64,000 nucleotides of DNA from an uncultured cyanobacterium (GCA_963793265.1 CAWBZI010000001.1:1184001-1248000), one strand, 5' to 3'. Positions 42,401-52,862 are shown, counted from the stretch's first letter. Notes: generated from the sequence alone by a model not told the origin. A program made the numbers and translations.

Positions 42401-44032
42401 GACGGGCCGATAAAAGATCTGCTCAGTAACGGCATCGCGGCCTATGGCTGGGATCTCGACAGCGACGGCACCATCGACAAGTTTGGACGCAACATCAAAC
42501 ACGTATTCGATCAGGCGGGCAGTCGAGATATCACCCTGACCGTTTTCGACAACCAAGGGCAGTCAACATCCCAGGCGCAAACCATTGATGTTCAGCCAGC
42601 CGCATACGGCAATGCGTTCTTAGATGGTGGCTTCAACAACCAGCCTGAACTCAAGTCCTGGCAAGCCTTTAGCGAATACTCCGATCAAGGCTGGTTTATT
42701 AGCGACCAGGGCAGTATTACAGGCGGCGTTGCCAAACTCTCATCGACCAATTCGTGGGGCAACCATCTCGGCCAGGTCGTTCGCGACCAAAAGGTTCGGC
42801 GCGGCGAGCAAACGCTCAGCTTCAGGCTAAAGAACCTGGAAGGATCTACGGAGGCAGAGTACTGGAAAAACAACGAGACAAATGTCACCTTATGGGGTGT
42901 CAACGGCCAGTTTGGTAATGAGCCCTGGCAGCCAGAGGGACCTCAACAGCTCGGCACTTTGCCTATGCAGCGCACCGAGCTAGCCAGCGAAATGTACGGT
43001 GGTGAAGAGGGCGAATTCTTCGACTGGAAAAATATTAGCCTGGATGTCGATCTCGGCCAGGGCTACGACTATTTACTGTTTCAGGTAAATGCAACTCACG
43101 TTAAAGATGCCGGAGATGATGTTTCTATCGACAACGTTTCTTTAACAGGAGCACCCAACTCAATTCCCGGAGCGCCGACGACCTCAGCGCCTACTTTCTC
43201 GCCGTCGCCCGACAAGAAGGAAGCACCTGTTAATCAGCCAGATCAGGAACCTGTCGCTGAAGCACCTGTAGTTGAGGCACCCGTAGCTGAAGCACCGACA
43301 TCTGAACCGACAGTTGTTCCTGATGAAGATCCAACAGGTGAAATGCCTGAGGCGATCGCACAGCTCAGCTTTGAAGAGGCCATAGACAACATAGCCCAGG
43401 ATACTTCTACAGGCGGCACCGACAACTTCGGTCGCCTAATCGCAGATGCCGAACTCGTTGAAGGAAAAGTAGGCCAGGCAGTCGCCTTTGATGGTGTCCG
43501 AGATATGGTTGCAATAGGCAACTCAGAAGATATCAACCTGGGCATTCATCCAGAGCGATCGATTTCGCTTTGGTTCCAAGCAGACGATACCTCAGCTAAC
43601 AGCAAACAGGTCATCTACGAAGAAGGCGGCGGTGCCAGAGGGCTCAACCTGTACCTAGCAGACGACCTGCTCTACTTTGGCGGCTGGAATGCGCCCGAGT
43701 CTGGTTGGGAAGGCTCATGAACCAGTACCGATCAAGTATCACCGGGCAAATGGCACCATGTTGCGCTGGTGCTAGAAGGCACCGATACCGTACAAGACAA
43801 CGCGCTGAGTGCTTACTTAGATGGTGAAAAAGTAGGCCAGATGGAAGGATCCCAGCTATGGACTCATCCCAATCGCATCGGCATCGGCAACGTTAACGGC
43901 CAAACCAAATTTCACGATGGGATTGGCACAAACTCGCGTCATGGATTGGCTGGGTCAGTTGACGAATTCCAGCTCTTTAACACAGCGCTAGACGATAATC
44001 AGGTGCAGCAGCTCGCAGGTACTCTGGCGTAA
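39467..44032 (+). CDS. CAP-G8-beta-helix-PKD-LamG multidomain protein (G8-C), interrupted by in-frame TGA at 43718-43720
   Basis: CAP (GENIAAG..GWINSPGHRANLL), G8 (SGAWSDPTTW), GRYSLHLH, PKD (LDASASSDPD..YGWD), LamG. ORF 43769..44032 is in the same frame and completes the LamG domain. Confidence 0.82.
40118..40213 (+). repeat. 51-bp-period coding tandem duplication (ETPTEPVAETPAAEP) in the linker of G8-C
   Basis: Units start at 40118 and 40169 and differ by a few synonymous changes. Confidence 0.85.
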
Positions 44033-44065
44033 GTAGCTGAGCGTAAATAGCTTTTCGAGCTTCTA

Positions 44066-44118
44066 GCGGCCTGTATCTCTTTTCTATGGGGGGGAGAAAT
44101 GCAGGTCGTTTTCTTTTT
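44066..44118 (+). terminator. Probable terminator after G8-C
   Basis: GCGGCCTGTAT...ATGCAGGTCGT hairpin followed by TTTCTTTTT. Confidence 0.6.
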
Positions 44119-44169
44119 ACGGTTCGGCAAAGACCTATCATTTTAGAAAGTGCATTGTTGGGGGTCGCT

Positions 44170-45699
44170 ATGACGAGTTTTCGTGAAGAGCTGAGTTTAC
44201 TGGTGCGATCGCGCTACCCTCTCATCTACATCCCCACCCGCGAAGAAGAACGCGCCGAAGTCGGCATTGCCCAGTGCGCTCAAGATATTGGCGATCGCAC
44301 CGTCTACACCTGGGACTACGTAGACGGCTACCAGGGCAACCCCACCGACAGCGGCTTCGGCAAGCGTAACCCGCTTCAAGCCCTAGAACTCATCGAAAAA
44401 GTCCCATCCTCAGCCGCCGCCCTTTTCGTTCTACGCGACTACCACCGCTTTTTAGACGACATTGCCATCTCTCGCAAGCTCCGCAATCTCCTCAAGCTGC
44501 TCAAATCCCAGCCCAAAAACGTCATCATTCTCTCTGCTACCCTCGCCATTCCAGACGAACTCAGCAGCAGCATCACCGTTCTAGAATTTCCCCTGCCTGA
44601 TAAGGCCGAAATTCGTACCGAAGTCGAAAAGATTCTCAGCGTCACCGGCTCCACCCTCTCTGCGCGCGACACCGACGAACTCGTTCGCTCCTGTCAGGGT
44701 CTTGCCCTAGAGCGCATCCGCCGAGTTCTTGCGCGTGGTATCGCCGCCCATGGCACCTTCGAGCCCGACGATATTGATCTGATTCTCGAAGAAAAACGGC
44801 AGACCATTCGCCAAACGCAGATTCTAGAGTTCTACCCCGCTGCCGAAAAGATCTCGGATATTGGCGGACTCGATAATCTCAAAGACTGGCTGCTCAAGCG
44901 CGGCGGTGCCTTTTCAGAGAAAGCTCGGCAGTATGGGCTACCGCACCCGCGCGGGCTCATGCTAGTGGGGATTCAAGGCACTGGAAAGTCACTGACTGCA
45001 AAGGCGATCGCCCACCACTGGCACCTCCCGCTTCTCCGCCTGGATGTCGGCAGACTCTTCGGCGGCCTCGTGGGCGAATCCGAATCGCGCACCCGCCAGA
45101 TGATCCAGCTTGCCGAAGCCCTTGCCCCCTGCATCCTCTGGATCGACGAAATCGACAAAGCCTTTGCGGGTTTCGATGGCGGCGGCGATTCCGGCACCAC
45201 CAGCCGCGTATTTGGCACCTTCATCACCTGGCTTGCCGAAAAATCCTCTCCTGTCTTCGTCGTTGCCACGGCTAACAACATCCAATCGCTCCCTCCCGAA
45301 ATGCTTCGCCGGGGCCGCTTCGATGAAATCTTCTTCGTCGGCCTCCCCAGCCAGCCCGAGCGCGAAGCCATCTTCAACGTCCACCTCGCGCGCTTGCGCC
45401 CGCACAACCTGCCCGCCTACGATCTCAAGCGCCTCGCCTACGAAACCCCCGACTTCTCTGGCGCAGAAATAGAGCAGGCCCTAATCGAAGCCATGCACAT
45501 TGGCTTCAGCCAAAACCGTGACTTCACCCACGACGACGTACTCGAAGCCGTCAGCCAGATCATCCCGCTTGCCCGCACTGCCCAAGAGCAAATCGAAGCC
45601 CTCCAGAACTGGGCCGCATCCGGCAAAGCCCGTCTCGCCTCTCGCCAAACCCCACTTTCTGAACGCATCGAACAGCAGCGAAAAGCTGATAGTCCCTAG
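44170..45699 (+). CDS. ycf46: Ycf46-family AAA+ ATPase
   Basis: [33 protein letters not shown] and [10 protein letters not shown] at 44170. Confidence 0.92.
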   Translation: MTSFREELSLLVRSRYPLIYIPTREEERAEVGIAQCAQDIGDRTVYTWDYVDGYQGNPTDSGFGKRNPLQALELIEKVPSSAAALFVLRDYHRFLDDIAISRKLRNLLKLLKSQPKNVIILSATLAIPDELSSSITVLEFPLPDKAEIRTEVEKILSVTGSTLSARDTDELVRSCQGLALERIRRVLARGIAAHGTFEPDDIDLILEEKRQTIRQTQILEFYPAAEKISDIGGLDNLKDWLLKRGGAFSEKARQYGLPHPRGLMLVGIQGTGKSLTAKAIAHHWHLPLLRLDVGRLFGGLVGESESRTRQMIQLAEALAPCILWIDEIDKAFAGFDGGGDSGTTSRVFGTFITWLAEKSSPVFVVATANNIQSLPPEMLRRGRFDEIFFVGLPSQPEREAIFNVHLARLRPHNLPAYDLKRLAYETPDFSGAEIEQALIEAMHIGFSQNRDFTHDDVLEAVSQIIPLARTAQEQIEALQNWAASGKARLASRQTPLSERIEQQRKADSP

Positions 45700-45797
45700 C
45701 TTCTAACGCCTCAGCCATCCTAACTTCCAGCCAGCGCCTTTACCTGTCGCACTCTTCACGCTATAACCATAAGGCTCTTGCTATCCAGCGCTGCGCC

Positions 45798-46259
45798 ATG
45801 GCGATGAAAAACTTTCTAATTGGTCTAAGTAAATTTGTTTTGGGCCTCATTCTAGCCATGCTGATCATGTCGCTAGCCGGACTCTCTATGGCTCGCTACT
45901 TCATGACTCGAATGGTAGAGCAGCCCGAGCGCCCCACCTACGAAAACGACCTCCCCGAAGACCAGCGCCCACGGCCCACAACGCCAGCCTCTACCGCCGA
46001 AGCAGGTGACTCTGAGCAAGCTTCTGAGCCTGAAGTCGTTGCACCGCTGCCACAGACAGCAGACTCTGATGACGCTTACGAAGCCTACGCCACGACCAAC
46101 GTAAACGTAAGATCTGGCCCTGGCACTAGCTACGATACTATCGGCAGCTTAGGCACTGATGAAGGCGTCACCGTCATTGGTGAAGATGGTGGATGGCTAA
46201 ACGTAGCGCTAAATAACGGTGCAGAAGGCTGGGTCAGCGGCAACTACATTCAAGAATAA
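45798..46259 (+). CDS. Membrane-anchored bacterial SH3 domain protein
   Basis: N-terminal TM and NVRSGPGT.Y...GW..V...EGWVSGNY. Confidence 0.88.
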   Translation: MAMKNFLIGLSKFVLGLILAMLIMSLAGLSMARYFMTRMVEQPERPTYENDLPEDQRPRPTTPASTAEAGDSEQASEPEVVAPLPQTADSDDAYEAYATTNVNVRSGPGTSYDTIGSLGTDEGVTVIGEDGGWLNVALNNGAEGWVSGNYIQE

Positions 46260-46400
46260 GATTGCTGTAAAGAAATCTATCTCATTTCAACGGTTGGTTA
46301 CAAAAAGGTAGACATCACCCTACCTCTGTAGGCAGAGGGTGATAGTTTGGAGACGCTTACAAGAATTTAGGCAGTTAAACACTGCTGAAGGCAGCAAGCT

Positions 46401-46568
46401 ATGTACAAAAATCCTCAAAGAGACTGGGTAGGTTCATTCGTCATCGCTGGTTTGGGCGCAGGGGTCATCACCTCATTTGCTGTCGGCCAGGGGCAAAATC
46501 CAATCGTTGGCTTAGGTATCACCGCGATCGCAGCGATCGCAGCCGTCACTATAGACATCCTGCTCTAG
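46401..46568 (+). CDS. Small two-helix membrane protein, 55 aa (not in ORF track)
   Basis: MYKNPQRDWVGSFVIAGLGAGVITSFAVGQGQNPIVGLGITAIAAIAAVTIDILL*; fills an otherwise empty gap. Confidence 0.7.
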   Translation: MYKNPQRDWVGSFVIAGLGAGVITSFAVGQGQNPIVGLGITAIAAIAAVTIDILL

Positions 46569-46640
46569 CAAACTAACCTGCTCTAGAAAACCATTCTGAA
46601 CGCAGTCATCAAACCTACGACAAGACCTGATAAAAGTAAC

Positions 46641-47735
46641 ATGACGCTCAACAAGCCTCAGTTCTTGAGCGTCATCTTCCCTCTCTACAATTATCAGAAT
46701 CTTATAGATATGTTGTTTGTTACCAACCGTGTTCTAGAGCAAGGACTAACGCCCGTCCCCGAAACCGGCTCAGCCTACAGACTATCTCGCTCCGTCAACT
46801 TTGTTCTAGAAAATAACCAGGCCGAACAGTCCTTTTACTGCTGCTGGCGCACCGGCCCCTACGACTACACCGAAATCGGCAGCACCAACTTTTTCGACAA
46901 CCTCAAAGAGCTTAGAGCCGATCAGCTCCTCTTCTTCATCCACGGATTCTCTGTTCTTCCTGAACAAGCTTTAGCACAGGCTGAAAAGCTTCAACAGTTA
47001 CTAGACGAGCTGCATCGCGCCGATCAGCAAAACAACATAAGGAGCCCCAAGATTGTCGTTGTTCCGCTCGTATGGCCCTGTGACAACGACCGAGGCAAAG
47101 TCAAAGACTACTTTGACGACCAAAAAGCCGCCGATGCCAGCGGTACCGCTTACATGCGCTTTCTGCAAAAGTTCTTAGCCTGGCGCAACGAAAACAGCAC
47201 CCTTACCAATCCCTGCCTCAAACTTATCAACCTACTCTCATACTCCATGGGCAACAGAGTCCTGCGTAGTGCCCTTCAGCTATCGCTCAAGTACTATCCT
47301 CAGCACAGCGCCGGGCTTTTGTTCAGAAACACCTTTATGGCTGCTGCCGATGTCGTCAACCAGAGTTTAGAAGCGGGTGAAGCGGGTGGCATGATTCCGA
47401 CTATGAGCCGCAACGTCGTTGTTTACTACGCCGCCGATGATTTGGCCCTCAGAGCGAGCAAAATTGCGAACGTCGGCGGCTCCGATGCTTCACGCAGATT
47501 AGGTCACACTGGCCCCGAAACCATGAGTAAGGTTCCTCGCAACGTCTATGCCATCGACTGCGATGACTTCAACAACCGCTATGACAATCCGCTAGGCCAC
47601 AACTACTTCTTAGAAGACCCTCAAACTGAGGAGGCTGGATTATTACTACGTCATGCTTGGGCCTGTATGCGTACTGGGCGAGTGCCCATGACCGATAGCG
47701 CACTGCCCGATAGCCGCATTGCTATACTCAACTGA
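46641..47735 (+). CDS. Alpha/beta hydrolase (DUF900 family)
   Basis: LFVTNR, FFIHGF, WP, SYSMGNRV, AADV and D.AL..S..RLG; true start may be the ATG at 46710. Confidence 0.85.
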   Translation: MTLNKPQFLSVIFPLYNYQNLIDMLFVTNRVLEQGLTPVPETGSAYRLSRSVNFVLENNQAEQSFYCCWRTGPYDYTEIGSTNFFDNLKELRADQLLFFIHGFSVLPEQALAQAEKLQQLLDELHRADQQNNIRSPKIVVVPLVWPCDNDRGKVKDYFDDQKAADASGTAYMRFLQKFLAWRNENSTLTNPCLKLINLLSYSMGNRVLRSALQLSLKYYPQHSAGLLFRNTFMAAADVVNQSLEAGEAGGMIPTMSRNVVVYYAADDLALRASKIANVGGSDASRRLGHTGPETMSKVPRNVYAIDCDDFNNRYDNPLGHNYFLEDPQTEEAGLLLRHAWACMRTGRVPMTDSALPDSRIAILN

Positions 47736-47852
47736 TACCTGGAGAGCAGCAAATTTGATCCTATAAATTTAATGCTAATTAATGCTAATAATCCGCTATG
47801 ACCGCTAGGGTAAGGCAAAAGTAAAGCGGTTGGCATTGGAAGGATTCTATTT

Positions 47853-48938
47853 ATGTTAGAAACGGCTTTGAGCCGCCTTGGCAATCCCGAGCTAGAGCTT
47901 GGGCTGGTCATAGCTGTGACAGTTGTGGTGACTGTGATTGCCTCACGATTCATCCCTACACTATTCCGCAGCCTATTCGAGCGCTTGCAAGGCTCAGCTA
48001 CCATCTATGCCGAAGTCATAGAGCCCAATCAAACCCTGCTAGCCACTGCCCTCAGCTTAAGCGCCGCCGATCTACTCATCACAGCATTCTTCGCTAGCAC
48101 CAAAGCCTTCTTGCTAGTAGACATTCCCCTCAGCCTGGCCGTCAGCGGGCTCACTATCTGGCTAATTTTCAGGCTATCCAAACTATTTTTTGACATTTAC
48201 CTGCTTAACGATGCGGTTCGAGAAGGCCGCAAAATCAGCAGCGAAATCCTCACCCTCGGCAAAGTCATCAGCATCGGCGGCGGTGCAATCACCGTCGCCA
48301 TCATCTTCGGCCAAACCCACCAGTTCAACGTTGTCGGCCTTATCGCTAGCTTAGGCGTCGGTGGCCTCGCACTCGCCTTTGCCGCCCAAAAGACCCTAGA
48401 GCAAATCCTTGGCAGCGTCGTTCTCTACATCGATCGCCCCTTCGTCATAGACGACTATATCGGCCTGCCTGACGGCACCTTCGGACAGGTCGAATCGATC
48501 GGTTTGCGTTCTACCAAAATTCGCACCTCCGGCAAAGGTACGCTGGTGATTGTGCCCAACAATATGCTGACGCAGATTACGATTGAGAACTTCACTGGGG
48601 CCAAAAAGGTGATGTCTATTATTTATCTGCGGTTTTATCGGGCGATCGCAAACGACGAAAGAGCCCTCATTCGCCAGGTCATTTTAGAAAGCACCCAAAA
48701 CATATTCGGCATCGACTCGCGCAGCACCGACATCACCTTCATGGAGCCTAACAAAGCCATGGAGACGCGCGCACAGGTTACCTTCTTCATTCTCGGCTCA
48801 GGCGAAGTTTCAATGGACTTACGCGGTCAGCTTCTAGATATCGCCAGCCGCAACGTCGCTCAAAGGCTCAAAGAATTTGGCATTGCCTTCGACATTGAAG
48901 AACAAAGAATTAACGTCGATTCTCCAATCACCATTTAA
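47853..48938 (+). CDS. MscS-family mechanosensitive channel
   Basis: LGVGGLALAFAAQKTL, DRPF..DDYI and GQVESIGLRST. Confidence 0.92.
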   Translation: MLETALSRLGNPELELGLVIAVTVVVTVIASRFIPTLFRSLFERLQGSATIYAEVIEPNQTLLATALSLSAADLLITAFFASTKAFLLVDIPLSLAVSGLTIWLIFRLSKLFFDIYLLNDAVREGRKISSEILTLGKVISIGGGAITVAIIFGQTHQFNVVGLIASLGVGGLALAFAAQKTLEQILGSVVLYIDRPFVIDDYIGLPDGTFGQVESIGLRSTKIRTSGKGTLVIVPNNMLTQITIENFTGAKKVMSIIYLRFYRAIANDERALIRQVILESTQNIFGIDSRSTDITFMEPNKAMETRAQVTFFILGSGEVSMDLRGQLLDIASRNVAQRLKEFGIAFDIEEQRINVDSPITI

Positions 48939-48981
48939 ACAACACTTTTCACGCAACATACTTCCCGCATCACCACACAGC

Positions 48982-50121
48982 ATGGATACCGTTACGACAA
49001 CCTTAAAAGAGATTTTTCAATTTGATAGAGAATTTCAGCTCTTCCTCATTCGACTAGGGCTTCAATTAGGACTCTTCTTAATCTTTGTTCTAGTCTCACT
49101 CTTCATCGGCCGCTACACGCCTACCTTTGTCCGATTTATTCTACGCAAAGTCGCCTCAGATCGCGTCTCAGACCTCTATGTCAACTTCGTCAAACCAATC
49201 GAGCCGCTATTTCGCACCGCTGGATCGCTGATTCTGATATCTCTTAGTTTAAGCCTGCTGAGAGAATACGAAGGGATATATAGGTTTCTTGGCTTCTTCG
49301 TTACACTAGCCACCTTTATCAGTATCGCGTGGCTAGCATCACGTTTATTCCGCCAGTTTGTTCGCATCTATGGCATCGATCTGGTTCGTCGCCTCAACCT
49401 GGAAGTCGATGAAATGCTGCTGGTAGTTGAAACGCTAATGAACGTGGTGATTGGCCTAGTTGCAGTAATTGCCTTTGCGCAGAATCAGGGCGTAAGTTTA
49501 GTCGGCTTGGTAGCAGGCTTTGGTATTGGCGGTGCTGCGATCGCCTTCGCCGCTCAAAAAACCCTCGAACAGCTCCTCGGCACCGTTGTCCTCTACCTCG
49601 ATCGCCCCTACGTCCCCGGCGATCACATCCGAGTCAGCCTAAACCCACATGCCGAAGACGTATACGGTCGCATTGAATCGATTGGCCTACGATCTACCAA
49701 GCTTCGCACGGCGGCCAAAAGTACGCTGGTAATTATCCCCAACTCAACCATGGCGAACTTAGATATTGAGAACATCACGCGCGGGAAAAAGGTGATGGTG
49801 TTGATTTATCTAGACTTTGTTCGAGAGTTGGTAGAGAGGGAGCGATCGCTTGTTGAACAAGTTGTCAAAGAAAGCACCGATTCTCTTTTTGGCATCGACC
49901 CAGGCAGCACCAAAGTCAGCCTCTACCACATAGACAATCGCCCTGGCACCCGTGCTAGAGTCACCTTCTTCATCTTAGGCTCCAGTGAAAACTCCATCCA
50001 GCTCCGCAAACGCCTGCTCGAACTCGCCAACGCCACCATGGCCAAAAAGCTATCCGAATACAACATAAAATTCACCGTAGAAGACCCCACCATCTACGTC
50101 GATTCTCCCGTAACTATCTAG
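48982..50121 (+). CDS. MscS-family mechanosensitive channel (tandem paralog)
   Basis: GIGGAAIAFAAQKTL and GRIESIGLRST; same C-terminal VDSP.TI; ATG at 48982. Confidence 0.92.
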   Translation: MDTVTTTLKEIFQFDREFQLFLIRLGLQLGLFLIFVLVSLFIGRYTPTFVRFILRKVASDRVSDLYVNFVKPIEPLFRTAGSLILISLSLSLLREYEGIYRFLGFFVTLATFISIAWLASRLFRQFVRIYGIDLVRRLNLEVDEMLLVVETLMNVVIGLVAVIAFAQNQGVSLVGLVAGFGIGGAAIAFAAQKTLEQLLGTVVLYLDRPYVPGDHIRVSLNPHAEDVYGRIESIGLRSTKLRTAAKSTLVIIPNSTMANLDIENITRGKKVMVLIYLDFVRELVERERSLVEQVVKESTDSLFGIDPGSTKVSLYHIDNRPGTRARVTFFILGSSENSIQLRKRLLELANATMAKKLSEYNIKFTVEDPTIYVDSPVTI

Positions 50122-51434
50122 CTCAAAAACAGCTCGCGCTCAGCCACCCGCCGCCGAGTGAGCCCTGCCAGCACTCGTCCGCCAGCTCGATTCCATCGCA
50201 ACAACTCATCCGCCGCGCCAAAACTATCCCCTGCATTCAGCCTGCGCAGCAACGTCGAACTATTTAGCGCACCGCTACCCACGTTATAGGCAAACGAAAC
50301 CAGCGCCGCAAACTGATTCTCCGTAATCGGCACCCGCACCGCTCTAGTCACTGCATTCTCAAAGTTTGCCACATCTTCTCTCAGCAAAGCCGTCGCCTGC
50401 GCATTCGTAATCCGCTGCCCCGGCCCTGCCGTCCGCGTATGCCCATAGCCAATCGTCCACACGCCCACCGCGTCTCGATAAGAATTCAGCCTTAGTCCCT
50501 CAAAGTCCTTAATCAAATCAAGCCCGACGCCGTTAATTCGCCCTGAAATAGCAGGGCTATCAAAACTTTGCTCCACAGGCGCTACCGGCGCATTATCTGC
50601 AAACACTGCCGCCCAGGTCAACGGGCCGACAATGCCATCACTCTCAAGGCCAACTTGCTGCTGAAAACGCCGAGTCACCGCTGAGCTGCCAGGCCCAAAC
50701 AGCCCGTCTGCCTCAATCTGCCAGCCCAAGTCCATAAGCCGCTGCTGAAACTGCTGCACCTGCGAATCGAACTGCAACGTCACAAACGGACTATAGCCAA
50801 ACGCACTTCCTGAAAAAGCATTCTCGACTGGGCTCATAACCGGCAAGGCAACCACAGGCTCTGCAATCGGCGGCTCGAATCCGGGAAACGTGCTCTCATC
50901 AAAAGCGGCCTGCCACGTCTGCGGCCCTACAATCCCGTCAGCAATCAAACCTTTCTCAAGCTGAAACGCACTGGCAACCCGCTCACTCTGCGGCCCATAC
51001 AAACCGTCTACCTCAATCGACCATCCACGCCGTTGCATCTGCGCCTGCCACTGAGCTACCGCTGGCCTACCTTCTAAAGACCGACCCGGCACATAGCGCA
51101 ACAGGTAACCTGGATACTCAGCTTGAGCCGCAATTAAATTAGCAGGTAGCATTCCACCTGTCAGCAGATCGATTGACGGCTCAGCGCTTTCTAAAAGAGC
51201 ATTGGGCTTTATCGGGCTGTCCAAAATTCCTGTATCTGTCGTCGTCAGGCTCAGAGCCATCTCAGAAGACTGTACGAATGCGTTGTGCCAGCTCTCTCCT
51301 ACCGGCTGTGATGCGATCGCCCCCTCCCCCGGCCCAACCGCATCAAAAGCAACCTCAGGCAGCAAAAGGTCACTCTCAAAGATACCAGCCGAATCAAACG
51401 TCGATACGCCCATAAAAGCACTCAAAATCTTCAC
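50118..51434 (-). CDS. Lysozyme (GH24) with two peptidoglycan-binding (PG_binding_1) domains
   Basis: Two DG.(Y/F)GP...FQ...GL..DGIVGP.TW repeats; FEGLRLNSYRDAVGVWTIGYGHT with E-x8-D-x5-T triad; GLTRRR; start uncertain. Confidence 0.92.
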   Translation of the reverse strand: MKILSAFMGVSTFDSAGIFESDLLLPEVAFDAVGPGEGAIASQPVGESWHNAFVQSSEMALSLTTTDTGILDSPIKPNALLESAEPSIDLLTGGMLPANLIAAQAEYPGYLLRYVPGRSLEGRPAVAQWQAQMQRRGWSIEVDGLYGPQSERVASAFQLEKGLIADGIVGPQTWQAAFDESTFPGFEPPIAEPVVALPVMSPVENAFSGSAFGYSPFVTLQFDSQVQQFQQRLMDLGWQIEADGLFGPGSSAVTRRFQQQVGLESDGIVGPLTWAAVFADNAPVAPVEQSFDSPAISGRINGVGLDLIKDFEGLRLNSYRDAVGVWTIGYGHTRTAGPGQRITNAQATALLREDVANFENAVTRAVRVPITENQFAALVSFAYNVGSGALNSSTLLRRLNAGDSFGAADELLRWNRAGGRVLAGLTRRRVAERELFLS

Positions 51435-51525
51435 ACTCCTCTGGTCATACGGCTGCTGCCATAAAGAATCAGAGAGCTTTTATCAAAAAATCTTGGTACA
51501 AAGCAGCTAGCAGCCCCTAGAGATC

Positions 51526-51559
51526 AAAAAAACCGCAGATACACATGATGTACCTGCGG
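51526..51559 (-). terminator. Terminator of sigC
   Basis: CCGCAG.TACA / TGTA.CTGCGG stem followed by T7 on the minus strand. Confidence 0.75.
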
Positions 51560-51602
51560 CTATTATCCTTAGGAAACAAACAGTTAAAAGCAAAAATCGC
51601 CC

Positions 51603-52862
51603 TTAGTTCAGCGACTCCAAATAATCGCGAACCCGGTTACGTCGCTTAGGCTGACGCAGCTTTTGCAGTGCCTTAGACTCAATCTGTCGCACCCGCTCAC
51701 GAGACAGCTCCAAAGTCCGACCGATCTCAGCTAAGGAATACGGCACACCATCATCCAAGCCAAACCGTAGCGTAATCACTTCCTGCTCGCGCGTCGTCAA
51801 ATCGGTGAGCAACTGCCGCAAATCTCGCTTCAGCGACTCGCGCATCAGCAGTTCTTCAGGCGAAATATCCTCAGTCTCTAGCAGGTCACCCAGTTCAGTA
51901 TCACGATCCTTGCCAACCTTAGTATCCAAAGACACAGAGCGCGGCACCTTTTGCAACACTTCGCGCACCTGCTCCGCCGTCATATCCAGCTCTTTCGCAA
52001 TATCCTCCAGCTTGGCAGTGCGCCCCTGCGTCTGAGAAATCTTACGCTGAGCCTTCTTAATTTTGTTGAGCTTTTCAGTGATATGAACCGGCAGACGAAT
52101 TGTGCGGCTTTGGGTTGCGATCGCCCGCGTAATCCCCTGACGAATCCACCAGTAAGCATACGTACTAAAGCGATAGCCTTTGGTCGGGTCAAACTTCTCC
52201 ACCGCCCGCTCAAGCCCCAAAGTGCCCTCCTGAATCAAATCCAGCAGCTCCAGCCCCCGGTTCTGATACTTCTTCGCCACCGACACCACCAGGCGTAAAT
52301 TCGCCTTGATCATGTGCTCTTTGGCCCGCACACCTTCCGACTGCATCTGCACCAAGTCGTCCACGCTCAGACTAGCCAAATCGGCCCATAGCCCCTTGCC
52401 CTTAATCAACGTCGGCTTCAGCTCACTTACCGGAATCTCAGCCGTCTTTGCCCAGCGCTCTAAAGAAGGCTTATGACCCAACTGCGCCGTTAGCTGATCG
52501 CGAGTATTGATCAAATTCACATACACCGCCAGCGCACCACCAGTTTCCTCAGCCGCCTTATCACGCAGGCTCAAAAGCTCCATGTGCTGCTGCACTCGCT
52601 GCGCCTCAGCCACTTCCTCATCGCGCTCAAGCAGGCTTACTCGACCGATTTCTTGTAGGTACAAGCGCACCAGATCTGTAGAGCGAGCAGCACGGGGCTT
52701 AGCATGAGACTCAGAATCCAACCCTTGGATATGGACATCGCCACTTTCATCAGAACCAACCCCTGAAAGATCAATCACAGTCGGCTCGCGGGAATTATCC
52801 GCTTTGGCATCTTTTGAAACGCTAGCAGTGCGTTCATCAACGTATTCGGGCGTAGCTTTCAT
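51603..52862 (-). CDS. sigC: Group 2 RNA polymerase sigma factor, SigC type
   Basis: STDLVRLYLQEIGRV, ANLRLVVSVAKKY, FSTYAYWWIRQ and SRERVRQIE; sigC subtype assigned from recalled similarity. Confidence 0.85.
   Translation of the reverse strand: MKATPEYVDERTASVSKDAKADNSREPTVIDLSGVGSDESGDVHIQGLDSESHAKPRAARSTDLVRLYLQEIGRVSLLERDEEVAEAQRVQQHMELLSLRDKAAEETGGALAVYVNLINTRDQLTAQLGHKPSLERWAKTAEIPVSELKPTLIKGKGLWADLASLSVDDLVQMQSEGVRAKEHMIKANLRLVVSVAKKYQNRGLELLDLIQEGTLGLERAVEKFDPTKGYRFSTYAYWWIRQGITRAIATQSRTIRLPVHITEKLNKIKKAQRKISQTQGRTAKLEDIAKELDMTAEQVREVLQKVPRSVSLDTKVGKDRDTELGDLLETEDISPEELLMRESLKRDLRQLLTDLTTREQEVITLRFGLDDGVPYSLAEIGRTLELSRERVRQIESKALQKLRQPKRRNRVRDYLESLN

Noticed and set aside
43718..43800. 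Selenocysteine or genome-wide UGA recoding as the explanation of the in-frame TGA
   Set aside because: The aligned residue is Trp, not Cys; no clear SECIS-like hairpin; TGA terminates other genes normally
47853..50121. Tandem MscS paralogs as a novel system
   Set aside because: Recognisable family, and multiple MscS paralogs are common; nothing further unusual seen
50118..51434. Prophage remnant around the lysozyme
   Set aside because: No holin, structural, integrase or other phage genes in the neighbourhood
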